From Marsupella aquatica (taxonomy: Eukaryota > Plantae > Marchantiophyta): a stretch of 64,000 nt of DNA. Both the position numbers and the translations under genes were made by a program. Of this stretch, positions 1-13,729 are shown in pieces. The DNA lies in NCBI GenBank assembly GCA_973895155.1, contig OZ316897.1, positions 2,173,312-2,237,311 of the forward strand, written 5' to 3'. The first letter of the stretch is position 1. Each line of letters begins with the position of its first letter. The notes beneath the pieces are model-generated. The model worked only from the letters and a program-made list of their open reading frames with translations, searched no databases and was not told the DNA's origin.

Positions 1-79
1 AATTTGATGGACCTTAATTCTCTACTTACTGGTTATGGATACAAAAAGTTATGGACCATGAAATTCATACTCCATAACT

Positions 80-240
80 TTTTGCCATATTGGTCTTATG
101 CCATTTACCATCAGTCATTCTAGAGGCGGGTGACACAATAAAAAACAAAAAAACTTTAAAATTTACATAACCTTGTGAAAACATTATGACCATTTCACCA
201 GGGCGGAACTCCATCATCCATAATTTTGAAGCTTTGAGAC
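80..240. repeat. Dispersed repeat fragment, diverged copy of 59495-59630
   Basis: Collinear similarity, e.g. tttgccatattggtcttatgccat...ggcggaactccatcatccataattttgaagctttgagac versus tttgccatgaagattggtcatatgccat...ggcggaatgccaccatcctcaaatttgaaggtttgagac. Boundaries approximate. Confidence 0.6.
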
Positions 241-1354
241 ACCCTAATAGTTACCTCTAATTAGCTCTTTTCAGCCGCGTATAGCCATAGAAAAAAGGGG
301 AATTCCCTCATTGAGTTCGAACTGAGAGTATTGTGGTGATTTGGTGATTTCATACCTTTTTCAGGAGCACTTTGGTAAAAGCTTGATTAAAAAAGAACAT
401 TGCTAATGTTGTTGCGATGGACTAGGCTGTAGCGTGCACATCAGGAACAGTTAGCGTTCATTACGTAAAAGTGGTAGCGTGCAAAAGCAGGTGGAGCTTT
501 TGCAGTATCTAGTATTCTAGTTCACTTGTCGGTGAAGGGGAGCTGTCGGTAATGCCTCCCAATCTCCCATGAAGGTCGTGCAGTCCTGGTCTCAATTGGA
601 TCAATCGAAAGGGTTCTTTCGGTGCCTAATCGAGAATCATGGAAAGCAGGTACGCCAGAGTCTCACTGAATTACGGGAGCTCAGCCAAACAATCAGCATG
701 GCTGTGACCTCGTGTACGGTGTTGCATCAATAATCATTCATTGTACATTAGCTCACCCTGACAGTGCCTCAATCTCAATCTGCATCATTCACTCCAACAC
801 TTTCCGCTCAAACCTGTTCCCTGGCAATTCTTCAGTCCTTCAGCAAATCGTAGAGCGCTCAGTATCAATCAGTGGAGGATTGAAAACAATCTCTGCGGAA
901 TTCTGTAGAAGCTATAGCGAACCAAGAGGCTCAACCTACTGAACAAGTGTGCTTGACGAGTATCCATCCTGCGAACGCATCTGGAACGCATCCACTGCGG
1001 CAAAACCTCTCTCACAGTGGCAACACCTTCCTTCCTCATCCTTCGAAAGTCTCAGCTGTGGAAAATTCTTTCTTCCGAGGTTAGAGTCTTAACGAAAGTT
1101 CAACTTCGAATGAATTTTCGTGCTTTTCCCTTGTCAGTGAATCGTGCTTTGTGTTTGATTCCAGCCTATTGGTGTCATGTCAATGGTAAGAGCGGAGTCT
1201 GCCTTAAAAGTTTGTGGCTACTGGTGTGCTTTGGAACTCGTTCCTCAGCTCAAGTTGGATTCCCACTGTGAATTTTAAGTTCAGGTGAGAGTTTCAGCTC
1301 AAGTTGGTTTTTATGCTGTGAAGCTTCAGGCAGGTGACGGGGGACTCGGCTCAG

Positions 1355-4033
1355 ATGGGTACGATCGTGCGGAGGGAATTGGGTTCCACAGAGGCGAATT
1401 GGGTGGTAGCTGTGGATGGAGGCACGGGTATCACAGCCTCCGCTTTCCTATTCGGTCACTCGTTATCCAAAGCTACCGTTCAAGCCGCAGTGATCAAATT
1501 GGTTTCTAGAAGACCTTTTCTGAGATCACAGATTGTGTATGTGGGTCAGAAGCTTTTCTTCGAGCTGAGTGAGAAGACGGTGCTGGTGGAGGAACTTCCC
1601 AACCCATTTGTGGGCCAGGAGGACGACAAAGAGGAGGAAGAGAAAGAAGCAGCAACTCAGGAGATGTGGTTGAAAATTGTTGACTTGGAGATGAATATCC
1701 TCTTTCCACAAACTAGACCGACACCCATTTTTGAAGTGCACCTTTACAATAGCGGTCTTCCGGACAACGCGTCTCTAGTTGTCCTCCGTTCTCACTCTGC
1801 CTCTGGTGATATGTTATGCACTGGTCCGATAGGATCGGAGTTTCTCAATTCTCTGAAAGAGGCTTTCCAGAAGGGAGAGTCGGGAGAACCGGAAGGAGCG
1901 TCAGAAGGCCTTGAAGACCAATTCCTACAGAAGGCCACACTGGATGATGGAGGGATTCCTAAGAATTTTGAATACTACAAGGCAATCGAGAATTCTATTC
2001 CGGAGGGAGGTGCCCACAAGCCATTCTGGGCTCATGGAACAGATATAGTTGGGTATGGGTTGGGCGCGATGAGGCATGCTTATCTTCCCTTCCGGAATAC
2101 AGTGCAACAGCGAAAGTCCCAACTCATCCGTGCTTCGCTTTCTAAGGAAGCTACTGATCGTCTGCTAAAGGTATGCTGTGGCGCCCTTCTGGCCTACTGT
2201 CCCTAAGATCAATACGAACGTATCAGTATCTCTTACACAAAACAAATTGGTTCTGACTTTTGTCTTCTCTGTGTTTTTGTCAAATCTGTTGCATCTTTGT
2301 ATGAATCTTTTTGAATAGTTCTCATTGTATTCATTCCGAGATGTTATCACTGGCCTTCGATAAGGTGCCAATCCATCCGGTAGCAAGGAGAGGCTTCGAG
2401 AACATGCCTCTGTGCTTCTAGCACATCGGGGTCGCTTTTTCTGTGTGCACCTGTGGAGCTCATATTCCCTTTCGAATCAGATCAAACCATTCTTCAGCTA
2501 TCACGGTAAGGGACTCCTGGGAAATTCTCCGAGCTACTTACTTGCCCCCTTAGAGTTCCCAAATGCTGTTCCTATTTCTTAGCCTTCACAGCGAAGGGAA
2601 AAGTAACGCCCACATCATAATTGCATAGATATTGCAATCTACAATAGACACTGGGTGACCTTTTGGCCAATAGGATCTGCCCACAATGATAATTTTAGGT
2701 AACTCAGTCAGGCTTCAGCCGTTGTCTGGAACTTATCAAAGCCACTGAATTTGAGCAGAAATTCTGTACCTTGCCACACTGTCCTCGCCACCTTTGGACG
2801 CAAGCGGTGCTGACAACTCTTCTGATAGCCTGTAATAATGTGTGTGATTGGTTAATTCCTTCTAGTGCTATTTACTTCCAGATTTATTTACTAAAGAAAT
2901 TCCAATGCGCAGATGTGCCAGAGCAACTCCACGGATTTGTATGGAGCACTTTGTGCAGCAGGGCTGAAGTCGGCAGCTGCTTACAAGAACGTTGGAAATA
3001 AGGGCGAGCATTACGGTACTGTGATTCTTTACAACTGCCGTGGAGAACTCGATCCAAAGCTACCAGAAGACGCTCTTGGTGAGTTGTTATCCACTCTGAA
3101 TGCTTTTCGCCCATTGGATTTCAGGTTGGACTGTAGTCAAGTAAAAAATTGATGAAGTTTTCTTTTGTCTTTTGAGAGACGGCACTCCTTTGCCGTCCTT
3201 TCTTTAAAGCCAGTGGTGAATTGGTTGGCGATTCAAGCTAATTACCAGAATTTTGTTCAATAGCACTATCGTAGCTCCTTCTCGGCATCTGGCACTTCAA
3301 TCTTAGAATCCATTTATCGGGACCAATTGCGTCTTTCAAAGCTGGTTCCTGAGCAGAAACTTTAATATAATGTAATTCATGGTGTTCATACCAATACGGT
3401 GAGAGTTTGTCCGTTGATGGAAAGCAAGGTAGTTCATCGATGTACGTAATTTGACAGTTTTTAAAAATCTGTGTATGTGTCCAGGCTGACTATCAAAGTA
3501 GTCGTAGGGACTTTTGAATGCATATGCTAGGAGCGAAGATTGAATATTATTTCCTTATGCTGTGCTCTGACGTTCTGATGTATTTAACAGGCTTCTACCA
3601 CTCAGCACTAGCGAAGACAGTTCATACTGCAGAGACTCATGAATATTGGAAAGTAGCTTCAAGATGTACTAAGGACTTTCGAGATGCCATCAAGAGAAGA
3701 AAGCATTTCACAGATATGGGCAACCTCAACTTGCTAATGATTCAAGCCATCAATCATCCTAACTTGACGCCAGCATCAAGTCTTCGGACTGCTATGTTTT
3801 CCATCCTCTATGATCCCCCAATCGAAACTACGTCAGAAGAGGTGAACGATGTTTTACATCTGAAAGATTTTGTGTCGGTTTCATCCATTCATGGAGTTGG
3901 TCCCTGCTTTGGAATCTTCCATTTTCTTAGAGATGGAGCGTTACACTTATCTTTTATGTATTGCTCACCTTTGTTCGCTCGCCATGACATGCAAACTATA
4001 GTTGATTCCATCGTTGGCTATATCACTGTCTAA
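1355..4033 (+). CDS. Condensation-domain / alcohol acetyltransferase-like (CoA-dependent acyltransferase fold) protein; exons 1355-2170, 2913-3078, 3591-4033
   Basis: Three ORF pieces join in frame across GT-AG introns. N-terminal RELGSTEANW...GGTGIT, HSASGD at the active-site loop position, GFYHSA and C-terminal SIHGVGP...LHLSFMYCSPLFAR resemble the conserved land-plant family of this fold. Confidence 0.8.
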
Positions 4034-6995
4034 GGTGAACACTTCTTTTCCTGTTAGATATGTCGTTTGTTGAGACATGTAATAAGTCCAACAAATTGAA
4101 GTAATTGAGGTTTCTGAAGGCTTGAAGAGGGAGTTCTTCTGAAATAACCAGTACCAAGAGACCCTAGTCACGTGCACTTGTCAGAATGGCAAGCTGGATC
4201 TTCCTGGCCTTTGTGGGCATTGTATCAGTAAAAACAATTAATAAATTTTCATCTGGAACTCTGCTTGGATTGGAAGAAGCCATTAATTATGTAGTCAAGG
4301 AAGACTAGACAATTATGGCTTGGGGACTCTCAAGGATACGCTCGAGGTCAATGTCTTTAAAGACTCTCCGTCAGAAAAATGAGTCTAGTGCATGCCTTTC
4401 TTACAGGTTCATTGATAAAAGTCGACCAATGAATACTGAAGCATGGTGTCTGGGTATTATCAGATGAACGTTGTCTTCCACTCTGTTTGAGGACATGAAC
4501 TCCTTGGGCATTAAAATGTTTTGAACAACTGAACTGAAAATAGACGGTGGAAAAATTCTGGGGAAACTTGTGTTGCTTTTGTGTCATATTTTGAATTCCG
4601 TCAAGGAATCGTCATATGACAAAAATTAGGGCCAGCAAAATTGGTCACTTTTTCATTGGCTCTTCCTGTTGTGTAGGTTCGTTCGAAACCCTTGAAATAG
4701 ACATTTGACTTTAGATTCATCTATCCAATCTTTGTCTGGTTGACAGCTGAATGCAATTCTTCATCACCTGGTCAACATTGAGTTAACTGCTTTCGATCAA
4801 TTGTGATGATAGAGGAGGTGTACGGCTAATGGAGAAGGAAAAAACATTATGATCGTTTGTAAACTGACTAGTTATACGATGTGGGTGACCAGTCAGTGGA
4901 GGTTTCAACCCTCGAAAGGTTATGGAACGTGCATAATCCATAATCCACTCTAGAATCCGATATTTCATTCACCACCTCGAGCACAGGAGCCAAATCATTC
5001 TCAATTCTTCTATTGCCCACTCCCCGAGTGCTATGATCAGAGAGACCAAACGGACTCCATCAGCTCAGGTCGCCAGAGAGACAGAGTGGCGTCAACAGCA
5101 CAAGCTCCTACCTTCTCGCCTGAATTACAATTCTCCAGGAAGGTACACCAGGCCAGCCGTGCATCCACTTACCCCGAGCGTAATTTAGTTCCTTTAATGA
5201 CAAAGTATAAATTCTTTCTTTCGAATCAACAAGATAACAACGTCCTCGATCGCACCTCGTCATACCTTACTCGAAGACTCAATGAATCATGAGACCCAGA
5301 ACACAATATCTTCGAGTCTCCGATTGAGATGATGAGATGTGAGGGATAGAATAACTTCCCCACTTCGCGATACCCCTCAGAACAAGAAATGATACCCAAT
5401 CGAATTCTATGTATGCACGCAATTATCCTAATTCTTGTCGGAACCTTTGCACCTCATATCCTCCGGATAAAACTCGATCCATCAACAGACTGTAAATCGA
5501 CTCCAGCTCTCTCAACTCTCAAAGCTTCCATCTAACAGTAAAAACAAGAGTAAACGAAAACCTTGATGCAGATTGCTACTCGAATTCTCATAGTCGATCA
5601 CCTTCTCTAAGCGAAGACAGGAGGCGAGAAAGAAATCCGCATGAAATTTCGGCTCCTTAAACTCATTTAGCCGCCATCTCGAACCGAAAACAGAGAAGAA
5701 ATGGCATGACCTCAGGATCACTCGCGTCTCGTAATCATACCGTGGCTGCCGATGCTGCTCTTGCTCACTACTTGCTGTTGGTACTCCGTTTCAGAAAATT
5801 AATCTCTCTTGGTCATTCAAAGCACAAACAGGTACTGTGCCCCCCAAACAGGGTAGCCAACTATGCAGACACCAAAACACATCAGAACAAAGGACTACAT
5901 TCGTGACCAGTTGCCACCTAGCCTCCGCCACTCGGTCAGAAATTGGGGTTAGAAATGCTATAACACCAGTCAATCGTAAGACTTCGACGCGCGGGGACTT
6001 AGAGGCTGTAATAATTGAATGTGGACTAGTCCGTCGGAGGACTTTCAAATACCAAGGTCACCGTGAACTTCAGGTGGGAAGAAACTGCTTCTCTCGTAGG
6101 ATACGAAGCACCAATGCACAATGTTTTCTCTGCTCGAGCAAAGGACCCAAGCAAAGTACAATGGAATGAGTAATAGCAAACCAGGTACAGAGAGGACAAA
6201 CACGAAACTCAAAGAAGAGGAGGGTAAATTCAAACCCGGGAAAACACTACAAAGAACTAAGAAATAATGTTCTGCACGAATGCACTATATCTGCTCTGCT
6301 TGTTTTCTGTCAGGTAGTTCAGATATAGTCATCTACTCAGTAGGCACCGTACGTACGGTAGTCAGCGTGAGGCTCTCCGCTTCCTCTGTGCTGTGAAGCA
6401 ATGCAAGATGGCCGCGTTCTGGAGGGCCATGGTCTAGTGACGCATGTCACATGATATTTACAGTACGTCTGTACCACCACAAGACAAGCTTCTCTCTCTC
6501 TCTAGCTCTACCATCCTCCCTTCAAGGACAAGAAGAAAGCAAAAGGCGGGACGGCTCAATTTGAAACTGTGCACTTAACGATGCTCATTTTCTAGCTATC
6601 ATTCTGTGCCCTCTCGATTCGTACTGGAGTGCTCAACAATTTGACTTCACGTTTTTAGCTTGATGTCTCATAAAGAACCTGACAGGTACAAAATTTTCAG
6701 CTTTTCTTACCGACGATTTGACTTGGGTCCATGACTATCATTGACCAGATCAAGTACAGAAGATTCCTGGGTCTCCAGCAGACTGAGAAATGGATGCAGC
6801 GAGCCAGCGCAGACTCCACTGACTGCCTGACCTGTCTTGCTTTGGTGGAGATGTGGCAATCCTTGCCACGCAACCGAATGGGGTTCTGGGGGACATCATA
6901 TTATTCTTTCATTCAGTCTGCAGACCTCTGGCTGTAATGTCCGGAGTTCACCAGTAATTTATCAGGAATATCTCGAAGAATTGAACGGGTCGACC

Positions 6996-9900
6996 ATGGA
7001 TCGAGGAGCATGGAGCTTTCGGTATCTGCTCCTAATCACGGTCGGACTGCAAGTGGCGGTAGTGACAACGGCTGCTCCAGCTGCGGATTTGGTTCCAAGC
7101 TTACCAGGGCAACCCTACGTTGTAAAGTTCAAGCAGTATGCTGGGTACATAACGATCGACCAGACTGAGGGCCGGAAACTTTTCTATTACTTTGTCGAGG
7201 CTGAAAATTCTTCTTCAACGAAGCCGCTTGTTTTGTGGCTTAATGGAGGTACCCACAGTGATAGTGTGATGACCATACTCGTAAACCCATGTTGAGCTAC
7301 ACGTTATTTACTGTAAATGAGTATTACAAGTTGAACATACATCTCATAGTGGACTGTGATTAGAGTTTGAGATGTAGATGTTCGTCTCGTCACTTCCCAT
7401 ACTCTGTAAGACTACATACAAATTAGGGACAGGCGCTCTCAAGGACTGGATTTGGATTGAGATTGTACATTGGCGGCATGCTACGAATTCTGCAGGACCA
7501 GGATGTTCTTCTCTTATAGGAGCGTTTACAGAACTAGGGCCTTTCTACCCCAATGCAGCTGGAAACAGTTTGAATGTGAACAGCGACTCCTGGAACAAAG
7601 GTGAGCTTAAGTGAGCTTAAGAGATCAATGCCGCGTGTTTCAACAGTTTAGAGTCGACCTAATATTCATGTTGTAGCCTTTCATGCCTTTTCATGCTTTA
7701 AGTCCTTACATACGATCATCTCCAGCTCAGGGAACGTAAGCTGTCTTCAAGTCTTTCCACTATGCCTGTTCCATTTAACCATGCTCAGTCTTGCTGTCCG
7801 TTTAATGTGTCTGAGAGATCTAGCCACATACAAATAAACAGGACATCTCAAATTTTGTTGCGTCAGGTGAGGCAGGATATGGTCTTTGATGTCATCTAAC
7901 TTGCATTTTGTTATCTTCTTTCATGTCCAGTGGCCAACGTTATCTTCTTGGAGTCTCCCGTCGGAGTTGGGTTCTCGAACTCCAAGAACACCTCGGACTA
8001 CTTCACAGATGACGAGAGGACTGGTGACGTTTTGACATATCTAGCTGAACCAAGCCAGAAGGGAAATTCATGCCATTCCGTGATCTTTCGTAGACTGTGC
8101 GAACACTTCACTGCTCCATCATGCTGACGTTTTGACCACCTGTGGCTGCGCAGCTCAAGATGGCCTCGCCTTCCTTCTCGGGTGGTTAGCGGAGTATCCT
8201 GAATACAAATCCAATGACTTTTACATCACGGGCGAGAGTTATGGAGGTAAAGTTAGAGTGGATGGACCGTTGAAAATTGGTATATGTACAGTGTAATGTC
8301 TTCTGTAAATTCTTCTTGCAAAATATCTCTGGCAGTTGTGGATTTTGGTTGGAGACGTATCGACTGGTCTGTTAGCAAGTGCTAGGAAGAAGCTAACGTC
8401 TGATAGCTGTGCGGCTCATGCTATCTGAATTTTTGAAGGTCATTACGTTCCAAAATTGGCTGCTGCCATCGTCCAAAACAACAAAGTTTCTGGTCAGGCC
8501 CAAATAGTCCTGAAGGGGATCATGGTAAGCTTCACAATAACTTATCTGACCTAATTTCATGACAGCACTACGTTAATACGTGCTCGATAGTCTTCCATCA
8601 CACGGCTCTCCAAGAGCCTACTCTCGATTGGACGTATGCACCTGGAATTTTATGGGGCCTACTCCCGATCCAGTTCTCCAAACTGATGTTTTTGCCTCAG
8701 GCCGATTATGAGAGAAAGGTATACGCCACACGGATAAACCAAAGTAATACCCTTTAACGAATCCACACTTGGGACCAGAGTCCACAGTAAGACTGGCGGT
8801 CTGCAGTATTGCTTCCCTAGCTACACACCTTGGATTGAAATTTTATGAGATGAAGCTGTTTGGATTCGTAGCAAGATGAGCATCAATGAAATGAAGTCCA
8901 AAGCGAGAGCAATCGCATAGTCCTATCTGGAAAATAGTCATCTATGAAGGAAGAGCTCAGGACCCAAATAATAACTAGGCAGTATTAAAGCTGAGATGGT
9001 CAGGGTGGATCAGGCTGAGTGTGCATCCATTGGTACGACTTTGAGGATGTACCACAACAGAAAAGCCCCAAAGTTTAAACGCTAAGTTCTCCTGGATGTC
9101 CGTCATTCATTCTTATAGTAATAAATTGAAGCAAAAGTGAGTCCAACGACTTGAACAAGACTTTCAGAACATTCGATAAGAAGAACAAGGTTTGAACTCC
9201 CATGAAGTCGTCTAAAATCGAACATGTAATAAATTACAGTAGCCGCAAGCTTCGTGTCGCATCTTTCATTCGGAAAATGACAGTAGACATCCCTAACAAA
9301 TTGTCAAGCACGGGACGAGTGCAGATTGGGAACCCACTTCTTGATGCGGTGATTGATTTGGAGTATGCGCCTTTGGAGTTCGGCTGGGGTCATGGGATGG
9401 TGTCTGAAGCTGTGCATGACACTCTCGTTCAAGAATGCAATTACACCGCTCCCACCAGGAGTCAAGCTTGTATTACAGCGGAGGACACTGCAAGTTTACA
9501 GATGGGCAGCAACACTAGCTATATCAATCCATACAATGTGCTTGCGGATGTGTGTTTGACATCAGGCGCACAAGCTGTACGATTAAAAGCAGCGGTGAGT
9601 AATTCTGGTTGATCGAACCCCTTGTACAGTACTCAACTCCTTTTTTGGCACTCTGTAACTTATGGTACTTAATCTTGTTCTGGAGACTTGACAGAACAGA
9701 ATTTTTCTCAACAGTAGTCGAAATGTTGGGCAGTTGTACTATGCTTAATAACTTAGTAACTTACAATCTTGCGAATTCCATGCCATGAGCCACTTCAGTT
9801 GTATGCCCTTACTCAGGGGAAATGCCCCAGTGCGAATGTAGATGAATCATTAGCATGGAAGCTTGGTAAACGCCGACAGATCTGTTTCTCTTCCACTTTA

Positions 9901-11390
9901 AGTTGACTTTCAAATGCTTCCGTTTGAGCAATGCGATTCACTTCAATAAGAAAGTAACATTTTAAGAGGGTGTTTTTGTAGGCGAGGCCTCGGCTGCAAA
10001 CAAATCTGGGTCAAAAGAGAGGCAAAGAATCAGTTTGTCTGTGTGCAGCGTAACAAAACATCCTTGTTTGAACTAATTAGTGCTGTACTCCATATTTCAT
10101 TCGTAACAGTTTTCGGGGAAAAATTCGCCGGTGGATCCGTGCATTGGTATCGACCTGATCGAGTATTTAAACCACCCAGATGTTCAGACGGCGCTGCATG
10201 CGGAAGCAATGCCTTGGCAAGAATGCTTCGAGTGAGTACATGTACTCTAAGTAGTCGATCAATACTCTCTGAAATTTGGGAGTTTGACACCGTAAACTAC
10301 TGACTCTGGAGCTTGATTCGTAAGGGATGCAATTGTTTTCGATTATTAGGCACCCATTGATTTCATGCCATATTGACATTCCAGTTGTTTATGTACAACA
10401 GAGAAATGATAACTTACGTTCTGATGGGAGCTTTGAACGCTCTATGTGTTTCCAATTCTTGTCTGTTGCAGCGGAACCTATTATGATCCAAGTAGCGTTC
10501 TCATTCCGATGTCCCCAATACTGACCGACCTCGTTAACTCGAATCTCAGAGTTTGGATCTACAAGTAAGCGCGTTACCTCTCAACATCCCTGGCACTCTG
10601 TCGAAATTAGTTCGTTTTGGGCATTTAATTGTTCCAATAATTAGACGACTGGCTGATTTGTTGATGGTAGATCATCGGGGATAATATGTAGATTACAATT
10701 CACATCGGTGATCCGAGAAACCTCTAAATGATTGGGAAATTAATTGAAAATAAAGATTGGGATAACGAGATTTTTTGCGAGTACTCTAGAGAGCCAGGGT
10801 GAATATTATGGCAATCCAGACTCATTGTAATGCTAGGTTTGAAAGAACCTGGAACAGAATCTAACACCAAACAAACAGATCTGTCGAGTAAGCTCCAGCA
10901 AGTGCATGTACTAAGTTTCGTTTATCAACCTGTGATATCTGCAGTGGAGATCTTGACACGATCATATCCATAATCGGGACTCGAAAAATTCTCAACATTC
11001 TCTCTAAGAACCTGAAGTGGAAGATCACCTCTGAATACCAGCCATGGTTCCAAGGCTCTCAGGTGGGTAGCTTTTGAATAAATTTACATTCTGACCGATT
11101 GTTTTCATTACAGGAACTTGTTGAATCCACTGCTTGCAGAGCTACGTGCCCAGGCAACTATAATTTGACCTGCTGTAATTTTGTTGAACTAAGATTGGAC
11201 TTCACTAACAACGCTTCACACTGTCAAACTATAGATTGGAGGATGGTCAATTAGCTGGGGACCGGTGGTTTACGCGACTGTACGAGGTGCAGGGCATACG
11301 GTTCCTGCAACTCAGCCAGCACGGGCCCTGGTGCTCTTTAGTTCATTCCTTGTAGGGGACATATCACCGCCTTTACAACCCACACACTGA
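6996..11390 (+). CDS. SCPL: Serine carboxypeptidase-like protein (peptidase S10), copy 1, intact; exons 6996-7248, 7496-7600, 7931-8023, 8154-8246, 8439-8524, 9325-9594, 10110-10231, 10472-10564, 10945-11062, 11235-11390
   Basis: Signal peptide, [37 protein letters not shown], catalytic GESYGGHY (Ser), GDLDT (Asp), VRGAGHTVP (His). All introns GT-AG and frame continuous. Confidence 0.95.
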
Positions 11391-11996
11391 TAGCCATACA
11401 TCCGAGTTCAGTTCTGAAGGGCATTTCTTTGTCGATCATCTGCATTTCTTAATGCCCTACCACTAGGGAATTGCGAGTCGTGACGTATGGGTTACGGACA
11501 CAATCTTTGTGGGTTTCGAAATCAGTGTTCGGTAGCTTTTTGTTCTAAACAGACATCAATCAGACATGGCTGTAAGCAAGCTTCGTAAGCAGGGCATAGA
11601 ATGCAAATATAGATTTTCACCTGACTACAACAATAGTTTTGACCAGGATCTCAATCTTCTATTGCTCCAGGATTGAGACGCCCTACGAAGATATACAACT
11701 AACCCAATGCTTGCGCTCAGAGAGTATGCCAATTGAGAAACAGAAATGAGAAGAAAGCTGGATGCAGGTGATGTGCAGGGTGTATTCTTGGACAGGAAAG
11801 CCAATGGACGGGGCAATTTTTTGATGGAAAGGCTCATTGAGGGGTAGCAAACTCCACTCTCTTTGTATTTCTATTGATGGTTATTAAGTGTAACTCCCTG
11901 CAGGCGGGTTATTTATGAGATTTTGGTCCTTGTCGTGCTCACCTCCTGGGTTATCCAATTTTGTTGAGCAAAGATAAACAAGAGCAAGCCCATAGT

Positions 11997-12443
11997 CATC
12001 TAATACACATAAGTAGTTGACACAAAGAGATACGTGAATCATCTAATACATAAGTAGTTGACATAAAGAAACATCTAATACATAAGTAGTTGACACAAAG
12101 AAATATGTGAATCATTTCAGTTGAGGTTATGTTAATGGGAACACACGAGATCATTTCAGTTGAGGTTGTGTTGATGGGAACACACGAGAGTTTATCTTAC
12201 TTTAGTTTTGTTGGTTATATTAAGTCTCTACAATACAATATATATATTTTTTATCTCTCAACTAACTCTGCACAATGAATTTGAGTTCATTGTATTTAAG
12301 CATGTATTGTGCAATCTAGTTAACCTAACTTAGTATATAATTAAGGTCAACTCTAATCATGGTGGTTGTAATCTTTGTGCAATCTAGTTAACCTAACTTA
12401 GTATATAATTAAGGTCAACTCTAATTATGGTGGTTGTAATCTT
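11997..12443. repeat. Three adjacent short tandem duplications (about 30-40 bp x3, about 39 bp x2, about 69 bp x2)
   Basis: catctaatacataagtagttgaca x3; atcatttcagttgaggtt..gggaacacacgag x2; tgtgcaatctagttaacctaacttagtatataattaaggtcaactctaat..ggtggttgtaatct x2. Confidence 0.9.
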
Positions 12444-13729
12444 AGATCTAAGAATAAATATCTAACAAAATTGAGACAAAAATTATCAGTCAAACTAGAG
12501 CAAAATCACAATTGGGATCATTGCCCTCAGGGATTATACCCGGTAACCCCCTCGGAGCCAGTCGGGGAGATGACCCTACACATTCACCTAATCCCAGTCA
12601 GGGAAGATTGGTAGGGGAATCCAATGGCCTGGGTTTGTCTTGCCCAAATGTCACTTGCACAGAGACCTTGGGTGAGAAGAGACCATAGCCACCAACAAAG
12701 TACTAAAGGTGGAGAGCATAATTATGGAAGTTGGAGACCTAATGCCTTTTAAGAGCACCCCCACCAATTTGGTGGGTGGAGCTTGCCATAGGTCCAACTT
12801 GTGGCTTTATTTGTGCTCTGCCATTTGTCACCCTCTATTCTTCTTGATCCATCCCCCACTAAAGGCCAGCACACAACCAGCTGAATTGGTACCCAGAGGT
12901 ATTGGGCCAGGGCTATCATGAACACCTTGCATGCACATCCCATGGTTGGGCTTTTACACAACTTCTTTCCACAACTTTGGGGGTAAAATACAAGAATGAT
13001 AAAAGAGTCCAAAAAAGATCAAAAGGTTCAAACAAGTAGAATTTGGGAGTGTGGTCTGACATCCCCCCAGTGGTCGGAACCTGGTTCCATGGTGGACCCA
13101 TGTTCTCTCTAAAACTTCAGCTGGCTAAATCTTCCTTGTTTTTCAATATTCAGTCAGGTGACAACTTTTTCTAAAGTACTGTAGGGATCTGACTAATAAA
13201 ATATTTTAGTGTGCGTGTGAAACTGCAAGCAACTTTTTTCATGTAAACACTTATTTTCAGTGGATACATATCTCAAAATTATAAAAAGCAGGAGAGTAAC
13301 ATTTTGGGAATAGAACGCTGCGATGGACTTTGGATCTCTTTGGCGGACTTGTTGGGGTCCCTCTAGCCGATATTGGCTGTCCTCATGGTGCTTCTGTTTG
13401 GGTCCTTCTTTTTGGGGCCTTATGAGGTCCCTCTGGCCTCATTTTGTCATTCCTTTTCAGCTCACTGTTTATTGTGCTGCTTGCTTCCCCCCTCCCTGGG
13501 TTTTCACAGATTTATTATTAATATAAGCAATATATCCAAGGAAAAAATCCCGGATGGACCAAGGGGCCCTACTGAATAACTGTGTAAAACTCCCCAAAGT
13601 AATTGCAAACAAAAATAATAAATCTGGAAAATTCAAACTAAAAAACCCTTGTGCCCTTCTTGGTGTCCTTTATTACATGATTTGAAAACAATGTTTTACG
13701 TGCACAACAAAGTCCTGTATAAGGTTCCA

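Noticed and set aside
4900-5950. Possible solo LTR or retroelement remnant
   Set aside because: No termini, TSD, PBS or coding motifs could be identified by eye
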